A DNA stretch of 64,000 nucleotides from NCBI GenBank assembly GCA_027339965.1, contig DAHWNL010000036.1, positions 59,691-123,690 of the forward strand, written 5' to 3'. Origin of the DNA: Granulicella sp. GTDB lineage: Bacteria; Acidobacteriota; Terriglobia; Terriglobales; Acidobacteriaceae. Shown piece after piece: positions 1 to 8,163 of the stretch. Both the position numbers and the translations under genes were made by a program. Position 1 is the stretch's first letter; each line of letters opens with the position of its first letter. Under the pieces are notes generated by a model. The model saw only the letters and a program-made list of their open reading frames with translations, was not told the origin of the DNA and searched no databases.

Positions 1-115
1 GGGTGCCCAGCAGGAACCAGACGGCACGGCGGAGTTTCTGCGGGGTGGGCTGGGTGATGCCGAAGGTGCGGTAAAACGCGATGGCTACAGCCTCCAGGAG
101 TCGCATGATCCTCAT
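1..115 (-). CDS. Small membrane protein, N-terminal part (runs off the left edge)
   Basis: Hand translation from ATG at 115: MRIMRLLEAVAIAFYRTFGITQPTPQKLRRAVWFLLGT..., with GC3-rich codons and a hydrophobic character. Not in the ORF track because it is truncated. Confidence 0.55.
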   Translation of the reverse strand, partial: MRIMRLLEAVAIAFYRTFGITQPTPQKLRRAVWFLLGT

Positions 116-415
116 GGTAATCCTGTTTTGGTTCTGCTGTTTTCACTCTTCTGCAGAGGGGCTCCGGCGTCCAGGCTGATGTCCTGGTCTCTAGATCGGG
201 ACAGGATTCCGGGGGCTCCGGCGCAGGTTCTGGGCCTTTTTGCGGGCTGGAGCTCCATCCGTGCATCCCCAGCCCAACGGAGGCATCCAACCAGAAGACA
301 AGCCGGAGTTGGGCTTGCCGGCTAACTTGCTGGCCGAGAGGCCGCGGGCTAGACTGAGATCAGGGTGCCGGAGCGAAGTAAACTTCGGCCCCAAGTCGAT
401 GAAGGAGAACCGTTC

Positions 416-796
416 ATGGCCACCATCCCATCCGTTCCGGAAGTCGTCAGCGCACCCGCCGCTGCCTCAACCCCGATCGTGCTTACGCCGGCGGCTGTCG
501 CCAAGGTGAAGGAGATCATGGCAACGCAGGATCCGGTGCCGGCAGGGCTGCGGATCGGTGTGGCTGGGGGCGGATGCTCCGGGTTTCAGTATTCCATGTC
601 CTTTGAGAACTCGGCTGGGATGATGGACAAGATCATGCACTTTGACGATCTCAAGGTCTTTGTCGACGCCACCAGCGCCATGTATCTGAGCGGTTGTACG
701 GTGGATTATGTTGAGACCCTGGAGGCGGCCGGATTCAAGTTTGAGAATCCTCAGGTGAAGTCCACCTGTGGTTGCGGTTCCAGCTTCAGCGTTTGA
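416..796 (+). CDS. iscA: HesB/IscA/ErpA-family A-type Fe-S cluster carrier
   Basis: Contains LRIGVAGGGCSGFQY, VFVD, GFKFENP and a C-terminal CGCGSSF. GAAGGAG RBS before ATG 416. Confidence 0.93.
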   Translation: MATIPSVPEVVSAPAAASTPIVLTPAAVAKVKEIMATQDPVPAGLRIGVAGGGCSGFQYSMSFENSAGMMDKIMHFDDLKVFVDATSAMYLSGCTVDYVETLEAAGFKFENPQVKSTCGCGSSFSV

Positions 797-1025
797 GGAT
801 TTGAGGGGCGGATGGAGATTAGGCTGATGAGCCCCCGAATCCAGCCGGCACGTGTCTGGGCACGTGTCTGTCGGTTGGTACTCCAGCCGTCGAGCTGAGC
901 GGTGGGGTAGCGTTTTTGAAAGCTCGACATGGAGATCCAAAGACCGTCCTGAAAGACGAGCAGTGCTCTTGGCAAGGCCCCGTTGAAACCGGCGGGGCCT
1001 TGCCACATTTGATCGCGGGATATAC

Positions 1026-1135
1026 AGCGTTTTCAGTGTTGATGGGTACACCGGACGGGGCGTGCAGTGGCGTTTTCATCGGGGAAAATGCCCATGGAGG
1101 TCGAGGCGTCGCGTTACACCTGCACTGAAAACGCT
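1026..1135. mobile_element. ~110-bp MITE/REP-like element, copy 1
   Basis: Perfect 13-bp terminal inverted repeat AGCGTTTTCAGTG/CACTGAAAACGCT and an internal hairpin GCGTTTTC...GAAAATGC. A second copy lies at 40341-40449. Confidence 0.75.
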
Positions 1136-1151
1136 TTAGCGCGCCGACGAA

Positions 1152-1176
1152 GCAAATCCGGGCATGGAACGTCTAA
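1152..1176 (+). promoter_or_regulatory. Candidate alternative-sigma (ECF-like) promoter GCAAATCCG-N9-CGTCTAA upstream of pilC
   Basis: The same motif with identical spacing occurs upstream of htrA (44604-44628). Confidence 0.4.
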
Positions 1177-1216
1177 GCTGGCAGAGAGCCCACCCTTGTA
1201 GCGCGGAATTGCCCGC

Positions 1217-2410
1217 ATGAATGAATTCATTGTAAAAATCGCTGACGAACGCGGCCGCGTGCAGGAGCAGACACACGCGGCGGCCACAGCCGCGGAGTTG
1301 CGCTCGCGGTTTACGCAGGCCGGATATCTGGTCTACTCGGTCAAGCCACGCTCCGCGTTGGGTCGCAGCGCGAAGAAAAAGATCAAGCTCGATACTTTTC
1401 TGATCTTCAATCAGCAGTTTCTGACCCTGATTCGCGCCGGCCTGCCGATCTTGAGTTCCATCGATCTGCTGGCCAAGCGGCAGAAAGATCTCAGCTTCCG
1501 GGCGCAGTTGGAGGATGTGGGCGCCCGGGTGAAGACGGGCGAGTCGATCTCGGCCGCGTTTGAGGCTCAGGGGACGGTTCCGTTGATCTACACGACCACG
1601 CTCCTGGCCGGAGAGCGTTCGGGAAACCTGGAAGAGGTGTTGCAGCGGTACCTGGACTTCCAGCGGGTCTCGCTGACCTTCCGCAAGAAGCTGCGAGCGG
1701 CGCTGATCTACCCAGCGTTTCTCATTGTGATGGTGACGGGGCTTTTCACCTTTCTGATTACCTTTGTGGTTCCGCGCTTTGCCGGGCTCTACGCCCAACT
1801 GGGGACCAAGCTGCCTGCGATGACCCTGTGGATGCTGGCGATTGGGCAGGATGCGCAGCATGATGGGCTGTACGCGGTGCCGGTGCTGGCGCTGCTGGCG
1901 TATCTTGTCATGCGCTGGAGCCGCAGTGACCGGGGAGCGGACATGATTGACCGGGTACGCGTGAAGACCCCGATCCTGGGCTCGGTCTGGCTGAAGTATC
2001 AGGTAGGGCTCTTCTCGCGAACCTTGGCGACGTTGCTGACCGGAGGTTTGCCGCTGGTGCCGAGCCTGGAGACGGCGGCGCGCTCGATCGAGTCGAGGTC
2101 AATCTCCAAGGCGGTACGTTCTTCGGTGGAGACGGTGCGTGAGGGCAAGGGGCTGGCGATCAGCCTGGACCGGACCGGGGTCTTCCCCGAGTTATCCATC
2201 GAGATGATCGAGGTGGGAGAAAGCACAGGAGCGCTGCCGCAGATGCTGAACTCGGTGGCCGAGTTCTTTGAAGAGGACGTACAGACCTCGCTGGCGGCGA
2301 TCATGAGCATGATTGAGCCGCTGATTCTGATCGTGATGGGCGCGGTTGTGGTGACGGTGCTGATTGCGCTTTACCTGCCCATTCTGAGTTTGAACGGGGT
2401 CGGGGGCTAG
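1217..2410 (+). CDS. pilC: Type II secretion F / type IV pilus platform protein PilC
   Basis: Two T2SSF repeats (GERSGNL...ALIYP; GESTGAL...MIEPLILI) with transmembrane segments. Confidence 0.92.
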   Translation: MNEFIVKIADERGRVQEQTHAAATAAELRSRFTQAGYLVYSVKPRSALGRSAKKKIKLDTFLIFNQQFLTLIRAGLPILSSIDLLAKRQKDLSFRAQLEDVGARVKTGESISAAFEAQGTVPLIYTTTLLAGERSGNLEEVLQRYLDFQRVSLTFRKKLRAALIYPAFLIVMVTGLFTFLITFVVPRFAGLYAQLGTKLPAMTLWMLAIGQDAQHDGLYAVPVLALLAYLVMRWSRSDRGADMIDRVRVKTPILGSVWLKYQVGLFSRTLATLLTGGLPLVPSLETAARSIESRSISKAVRSSVETVREGKGLAISLDRTGVFPELSIEMIEVGESTGALPQMLNSVAEFFEEDVQTSLAAIMSMIEPLILIVMGAVVVTVLIALYLPILSLNGVGG

Positions 2411-2550
2411 GGCGGGCCCGGCGATTCCTTTTGCTTGCCGGGGGAACATCGCCGGCATGGGTTTTTGGCGAGAAGGTTTCGCGCGTATCGTTGAGGGCAA
2501 TGAGAGCAAGAGGGCAATGAGGGCAAGAGTGTTGGTGAGGTCGAGGAGCC

Positions 2551-4188
2551 ATGGCAACTTCCATTCCAGTTGCAATTCCGTACAGCAATGAGCCGATGAA
2601 CGAGGTGGAGCGAGCGCAGATGCTGGCTCGCCGCTATCACGCCGAGTTTGTGGATCTGAAGAACTTCAAGATTCAGGTGGAGTTGTTCAAGTCCGTGCCG
2701 GTGGACATGATGTTTCGTTACAACTTTGTGCCGCTGGAGCAGAGCGAAGGTCGGCTGGCGATTGCCGTGGCCGATCCCTCCAAGCTGATGGTGATCGACG
2801 AGATCGCCGGTCTGCTGGGGGCGCGAATCGTCACTCGGGTGGCGACGCTGAGCCAGATCACGGATCTGCTGAAGAAAAACGAGCAGTCTCAGCGCGTGCT
2901 GGACGAGGCCAGCGAGGGGCTGGCTTTCGATGTGCTGTCCAACGAGGAGAACTCCGAGGAGAACATCTCGATTGAGAAGCTGACGGCCGATGATGATATC
3001 TCGCCGATCATCCGCCTGGTGGATACGACGATCTTTACCGCGCTGGAGCGGCGCGCCTCGGATATCCATCTGGAAACCTATGACGACTCTCTGCTGGTGA
3101 AGTATCGCATCGACGGCGTGCTGCAGCAGGCAATGGCGCCGATTGCGCGCGAGCACCACCAGACGATTTTGTCCCGCATCAAAGTCATGAGCGAGCTGGA
3201 CATCGCCGAGCGCCGCGTGCCGCAGGACGGCCGCTTCCGGGTGCGTTACAAAGGGCGGCTGATCGACTTCCGGGTCAGCATCATGCCGACGGTGCATGGA
3301 GAGAACGCCGTGCTGCGCGTGCTGGATAAGGAGTCGATGAGCGAGAAGTTCACCAAGCTCTCGCTGGACGTGGTGGGCTTTGCGGAGAAGGATCTGGCCC
3401 GCTTTCGGCGCTACATCAAGGAGCCCTATGGGATGGTGCTGGTCACCGGACCCACCGGATCGGGCAAGACCACCACGCTCTACGCCGCGCTCAATGAGAT
3501 CAAGAGCGAAGAGGACAAGATCATCACCATTGAGGATCCGGTGGAGTATCAGATTCGCGGCATCACGCAGATTCCAGTGAATGAGAAGAAGGGGCTCACC
3601 TTTGCCCGCGGGCTGCGCTCGATTCTGCGCCATGATCCGGACAAGATTCTGGTGGGCGAGATCCGCGATGCGGAGACGGCGCAGATTGCGATCAATTCGG
3701 CTCTTACCGGGCATCTGGTGTTTACCACGGTTCACGCCAACAACGTGGTGGATGTGCTGGGCCGCTTCCTGAACATGGGGGTTGAGCCGTACAACTTTGT
3801 CAGTGCGCTCAACTGCATTCTGGCGCAGCGGCTGGTGCGCCAGGTTTGTGAGTTCTGCGTGCGCGACGTGCATTACACGGACGCCGAACTGGAGCAGAAC
3901 GGCCTGCGCCCGGAGGAGTGGCGGGATGTAACCTTCAAGGAAGGGCCGGGGTGCATCGAGTGTGGAGGAACCGGCTATCGAGGCCGATCGGCCATTCATG
4001 AGCTGCTGGAGCTGGACGATCAGATTCGCGAGATGCTGCTGGAGAAGCGTCCGGGCTCGGAGATTCGAAAGGCGGCCAAGGACAAGGGAATGTCCTTTTT
4101 GCGGGACTCCGCCTTGGAGCGGGTGCGGATGGGAATTACCACGCTGCGAGAGATTAACAAGGTAACCTTCATTGAGCAGGGCCGATAG
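2551..4188 (+). CDS. pilB: GspE/PilB-family secretion/pilus assembly ATPase
   Basis: Motifs ASDIH, LDIAERRVPQDG, Walker A GPTGSGKT, TIEDPVE, LRHDPDKILVGEIRD, TGHLVFTTVH, and a tetra-Cys pair CEFC/CIEC. Confidence 0.95.
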   Translation: MATSIPVAIPYSNEPMNEVERAQMLARRYHAEFVDLKNFKIQVELFKSVPVDMMFRYNFVPLEQSEGRLAIAVADPSKLMVIDEIAGLLGARIVTRVATLSQITDLLKKNEQSQRVLDEASEGLAFDVLSNEENSEENISIEKLTADDDISPIIRLVDTTIFTALERRASDIHLETYDDSLLVKYRIDGVLQQAMAPIAREHHQTILSRIKVMSELDIAERRVPQDGRFRVRYKGRLIDFRVSIMPTVHGENAVLRVLDKESMSEKFTKLSLDVVGFAEKDLARFRRYIKEPYGMVLVTGPTGSGKTTTLYAALNEIKSEEDKIITIEDPVEYQIRGITQIPVNEKKGLTFARGLRSILRHDPDKILVGEIRDAETAQIAINSALTGHLVFTTVHANNVVDVLGRFLNMGVEPYNFVSALNCILAQRLVRQVCEFCVRDVHYTDAELEQNGLRPEEWRDVTFKEGPGCIECGGTGYRGRSAIHELLELDDQIREMLLEKRPGSEIRKAAKDKGMSFLRDSALERVRMGITTLREINKVTFIEQGR

Positions 4189-4380
4189 CCCTCCGGCTGA
4201 CGGTTGGAATGGGGAAAGGGCGCGGAGGATCGAAGCAGAGGCCCTGCCAGGGAGCGAATAGCTCGCCCGGAGCGACCCGGGCGCGGTGTCTGGATCAGGA
4301 AACCGAGGCGCGGATCAAACGACCAAACTCTCCCAGAACTGCCATCCCTATCTCTTGCAAGGTACTCTAGTTAGAGCCTG

Positions 4381-5568
4381 ATGAACATTCTTCCCCAAGC
4401 TTCTGGAACCCGCCCTCGTCTGGCCTGTGAGATTCTGCCGCAGGGTGTGGTGGCAGGCCGCTCAAGCGCCGCCAATGCGGCGTTGGAGGCGGTGTCGCTG
4501 GTGACGTTGGCCCGCGGGGTGGTGGCCCCAGGGCTGAAGCCGGGCAATCTGCAGGATCGAGCGGCTGTCGTGGATGCGATCCGCAACGCCTTGGAAAAGA
4601 TTGGAGAGCGGGCCAACGCGCGCGATGGCGATCTGACCCTGGTGATTCCGGATGCCGCGGTGCGTGTCTTGCTGCTGGAGTTTGAGGCACTGCCGGCGCG
4701 GGCCGCGGAAGCGCTGCCGCTGGTGCGCTTCCGTTTGAAGAAGCTGCTGCCCTTCGATGCGGATGAAGCCATGGTCAGTTATCAGATTTTGAGCTCGAGC
4801 AAGGCTGGGGTGCGGGCGCTGGCGGTGGGGATTCCCCGGGATGTTTTGGGCGAGTATGAGGCGGCGGTGCGTGCGGCCGGTTTTGAGCCGGGAGCTGTAC
4901 TGCCCAGTACCCTGGCCAGTCTGGCTGTGTTGCCGGATACGGAGCCGGCGCTGTTGGTGAACGCCAATCCCCTCGGGGTAACGGCGGCCATTGTTCGCGC
5001 AGGCGTGCTTCTGCTGCATCGCAGCGTGGATCTCCAGGAACATGGCGTGCCGGGGCATGGCGTGCCGGGGCATGCCGTGCCGGGGAATGCCGCGTCCGGT
5101 GCTTTGCCGCCGGCTCTGAACATCTCTGGTGGCCAGGATGCCTATGGTGGCCAGGATTCCTCTGGCGGCCAGGATGCCTCTGGTGGCCAGGATTCCTCTG
5201 GCGGCCAGGATGCCGGTTGGGCTTACCCCGCCTGGAGAGAGACGTCCGGCGCGGACAAGAGCCCGGAAGGCAGCCCGGCTGGATCTAGACTCGAGCCGGT
5301 CCCTTGGGCGGGCGAGATTGCGCAGGCGGTCAGCGTGGCTGCTGCCTACTTTGAGGACACGCTGTCAGCGCCTCCCGCTCAGGTGCTAAGCGCGGGACCA
5401 CTGGGGGCGGAGCGGCTGAGCGGGATTTTACGGAGTTCGGGCGTGGTGGAGGAGGGCGGCTGGAAGGTGCGCGAGCTGGTGGAAGAGACAGCTCTGCAGC
5501 CGCGGGCGGTCAAGGCGGTCTCCTCGCTTGGCTGGCTGGCGGGAGTGGTGGGGGCGCTGCGCGGCTGA
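4381..5568 (+). CDS. pilM: PilM-like actin-fold pilus alignment protein with a low-complexity insertion
   Basis: Follows pilB; PilM-like segments (LVIPDAAVRVLLLEF, LPFDADEAMVSYQ, EYEAAVRAAGFEP). Its TGA overlaps the next ATG. Confidence 0.8.
   Translation: MNILPQASGTRPRLACEILPQGVVAGRSSAANAALEAVSLVTLARGVVAPGLKPGNLQDRAAVVDAIRNALEKIGERANARDGDLTLVIPDAAVRVLLLEFEALPARAAEALPLVRFRLKKLLPFDADEAMVSYQILSSSKAGVRALAVGIPRDVLGEYEAAVRAAGFEPGAVLPSTLASLAVLPDTEPALLVNANPLGVTAAIVRAGVLLLHRSVDLQEHGVPGHGVPGHAVPGNAASGALPPALNISGGQDAYGGQDSSGGQDASGGQDSSGGQDAGWAYPAWRETSGADKSPEGSPAGSRLEPVPWAGEIAQAVSVAAAYFEDTLSAPPAQVLSAGPLGAERLSGILRSSGVVEEGGWKVRELVEETALQPRAVKAVSSLGWLAGVVGALRG
5041..5085 (+). repeat. In-frame tandem repeat, 3 x 15 bp (HGVPG), in pilM
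   Basis: CATGGCGTGCCGGGG twice followed by CATGCCGTGCCGGGG. Confidence 0.9.
5125..5214 (+). repeat. In-frame tandem repeat, 5 x 18 bp (SGGQDA/S), in pilM
   Basis: Units of TMTGGYGGCCAGGATKCC start at 5125, 5143, 5161, 5179 and 5197. Confidence 0.93.
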
Positions 5569-6431
5569 TGCGAATTACGGTCAATCTCGCCACGCGGCCC
5601 TATATCGAACTGGGGCCTATCGTTCTGCGGCTGCGGATTCTGATGGCCTTCCTGGCTCTGTTGGCGGTGGCCGGGCTGGCGTTTTCTCATCTGCTGGAGA
5701 AGAAGCTGGAGGCGGCGCAGGCGAAACTGAACGCGGTACATGTCAAGGTGCTGGCAGCGCAGACTGAGAGGCGCGCCAATATTCAGCGGATGCATGAGCC
5801 GGCCAACGCCGCCATTCTGACCCGAGCGCACTTTCTGAACGCCCTGTTTCTGCGCAAGAGTTTTTCCTGGACGGCGGTGATGATGGATCTGGAGATGGTG
5901 CTGCCGGAGGGCGTGCAGGTGACCTCCATCGAGCCGGAGCCGACCTCCAATGGGGATGTGATGATTCATCTGCGAGTCTCCGGCGACCGGGACCGCGCCG
6001 TGCAACTGGTGCGGAATCTGGAGCGGTCGAAGCGGTTTCGGGATCCGCAGTTGACCGGGGAGGCGACCGAGGCGAAGGATCTGAGCCAGCAGGGCAATCG
6101 CATGAGTGCAGCCGGTCCGATGGCGGGTCCGCCGCCGGGCGTCGAGTTCGAGATCCTGGCCAACTACAACCCCTTGCCTCCCGGGGAGTCCTTTTCCACT
6201 CTGGGTCCCTCGGCTGTCGGAAAGCACCCCGGCCGGGCGCCAAAGGTAGGAAAGCAGGCGGCTGCCTCGAACAAGCCGGCCTCTGGGGTCAAACACGTGC
6301 TAGGACGCCGCGCAGGGCGGAGGTTAGCTCCGCGGAGTGCTTCTGCTTCCGGCTCGCATGCTTCCGGCGCGCATGGTGCTGCTTCGCATGCCTCGCAGAC
6401 TCACCGGGCGGGAACAGGAGGTGCTTTGTGA
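5568..6431 (+). CDS. pilN: PilN-domain protein
   Basis: N-terminal VNLATRP (PilN INLLP-like motif), single TM helix, coiled coil, LPEGVQVTSI, LERSKRF. Confidence 0.82.
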   Translation: MRITVNLATRPYIELGPIVLRLRILMAFLALLAVAGLAFSHLLEKKLEAAQAKLNAVHVKVLAAQTERRANIQRMHEPANAAILTRAHFLNALFLRKSFSWTAVMMDLEMVLPEGVQVTSIEPEPTSNGDVMIHLRVSGDRDRAVQLVRNLERSKRFRDPQLTGEATEAKDLSQQGNRMSAAGPMAGPPPGVEFEILANYNPLPPGESFSTLGPSAVGKHPGRAPKVGKQAAASNKPASGVKHVLGRRAGRRLAPRSASASGSHASGAHGAASHASQTHRAGTGGAL

Positions 6432-7291
6432 GTGCGGCTTTCAGTCCCCTGGGCGGCGAGCGCGCGTTGGGCAGCGCCGGCGGCGCCGCTCCGCCGGAGG
6501 AGTCGGCGCCGGCCAACCCGCTGCTGCGACTGATCGCGCGCGCCCGGAAGATGCTTACCACGTTGAACCTGCATCTGGCCGGCGTGGCTGTGCTTTTGCT
6601 CTTTGTGCTCTATCTGCTGGGGCATCTGATCTTTCTTTGGAACGGATTGAGCGCGAACAATGATGCTGCCGTGGACCAGCAGAAGGTGCAGTTGATCGCG
6701 GCGCAACTGGCGGCCAGGCCGCTGCGCGGGCTGGACAAGAAGCTGGTGGCGTCCACGCGCGATGCGGACGCGTTCTATCAGACCCGGCTGCCCTATGCCG
6801 ACTCCCAGGTTGCGGCTGAGATTGGAGATCTGGCTCATAAGGCTGGGGTGCGCTGGACGCATGCGCAGTACGCCTACTTCCCGGTTCTTCCAGCCAAGTA
6901 TGCGCTGACCCAGGTGAGCATCGACGCCAGCGTTTCCGGCGATTACAGGCCGATTGTGATGTTCATCAACTCCCTGGAGCGGGACAAGGTCTTCTTTGTG
7001 ATCAATGGCATCGATCTGTCCGGGCAGCAATCCGGGGAGGTAAATCTGCGCATCCGGTTGGCGACGTACCTGCGACCGCCGGACCAGAATGAACTCTCCG
7101 CGGAGATGCCCGGGATGGAGAGCGCAGCGGACGGGGCTGAGGCAGGGAACCTGGGGAGGCCGAGTCCGGCACCGGCCGCAGGCGGGGCACCCGGCTCGAA
7201 ACCGGCCACCAGCAACTCTGGGATGGCCGTGCGCAGGCTTAGGAGCGGCCAGCCGAGCAGCCCTCTGTCCCAGACGGGAGGTCGGCCATGA
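6428..7291 (+). CDS. pilO: PilO-like protein
   Basis: TM helix followed by VSGDYRPIVMFINSLER (PilO/GspM-like motif); coupled to pilN through a GTGA overlap. Confidence 0.7.
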   Translation: MSAAFSPLGGERALGSAGGAAPPEESAPANPLLRLIARARKMLTTLNLHLAGVAVLLLFVLYLLGHLIFLWNGLSANNDAAVDQQKVQLIAAQLAARPLRGLDKKLVASTRDADAFYQTRLPYADSQVAAEIGDLAHKAGVRWTHAQYAYFPVLPAKYALTQVSIDASVSGDYRPIVMFINSLERDKVFFVINGIDLSGQQSGEVNLRIRLATYLRPPDQNELSAEMPGMESAADGAEAGNLGRPSPAPAAGGAPGSKPATSNSGMAVRRLRSGQPSSPLSQTGGRP

Positions 7292-8010
7292 GTGCTGCTC
7301 CGGTCAAGGACAAGAAGACGCTGGTGGTAGGTTCTACCTTTGGCGTGCTGCTGCTCGTCTTCGTCCTCTATGCGTACAACAGCTTCTTTGGCGGGTCGCC
7401 GAACCCTGCGGCCACAGCCGCTCCGGCTGCCGAGCCAGCCACCGCGCAGCCGGCCGCCGGCGCAAGCTCTCAAACCGAGGGAGGAGCGGAGGGCTCCGGC
7501 TTCTACGGGTCCGCTGGTTCGGCGAGGAACTCCAGAGCGAGTCTAGGCGTGGCTCCCGGGGTGGCTGCCCAGATGCTGGCCAGTACTACCTCCAGCCTGG
7601 ATCCCACGCTGGACGAGTCGGCCATGTTGCGGACGGAGAGTCTGGTGTACACCGGCACAGGACGCAACATCTTTTCGGCTGCGTCGTCTCCGCCGCCTTC
7701 GGCGGCAGCATTGTTGATTCCCAAGGGCTTGCCGGGGGCCAGACCGGGAGGGGTAGCGGCTGGCGCAGCCAAAGCCGTGCCGGCAGGACCGCCTCCGCCT
7801 CCGCCCATTCCGCTCAAGTTCTTCGGAACCGCGATCCGCGTGACGGGGAAGAATCAGGCGTTCCTGCTGGATGGGCAGAATGTGTATCTGGCCTCCGAGG
7901 GCGATATCGTCGGACGCCGATACCGGGTGGTTCATATTGGCCCCACCAGCATCCAGGTGGAGGATCTGCTGAACAACGACACGCAGACTCTGCCGCTGCA
8001 AAACCGCTGA
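7288..8010 (+). CDS. PilP/GspC-HR-like membrane-anchored protein
   Basis: N-terminal TM helix, GRNIF, a Pro-rich linker and a C-terminal beta domain LKFFG...AFL...EGDIVGRRYRVVHI. Operon position after pilO. Confidence 0.6.
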   Translation: MSAAPVKDKKTLVVGSTFGVLLLVFVLYAYNSFFGGSPNPAATAAPAAEPATAQPAAGASSQTEGGAEGSGFYGSAGSARNSRASLGVAPGVAAQMLASTTSSLDPTLDESAMLRTESLVYTGTGRNIFSAASSPPPSAAALLIPKGLPGARPGGVAAGAAKAVPAGPPPPPPIPLKFFGTAIRVTGKNQAFLLDGQNVYLASEGDIVGRRYRVVHIGPTSIQVEDLLNNDTQTLPLQNR

Positions 8011-8163
8011 GAGGATTTCGTGGCGCGCGTTCCGGGAAAAAGGCCAGATGCGGGGAGCCTCGCCGGGAAGTTCCAGGCAGCAGCCGGAGAGGGCTGAGGC
8101 CCGGTGAGACGGTTGTGGATCCGCCGCGTCCAATCTTGTAGGTTACGTTAAAGGATCGCGTGG

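Noticed and set aside
2407..3999. Long antisense or alternate-frame ORFs (for example 2407-3999, 19476-20981, 30431-31747, 42307-44100, 52762-54555)
   Set aside because: They shadow well-supported genes, as expected in high-GC DNA, and carry no motifs.
5125..5214. CRISPR-like array
   Set aside because: The units are contiguous with no unique spacers, lie in frame within genes (also 32658-32741), and there are no cas genes.
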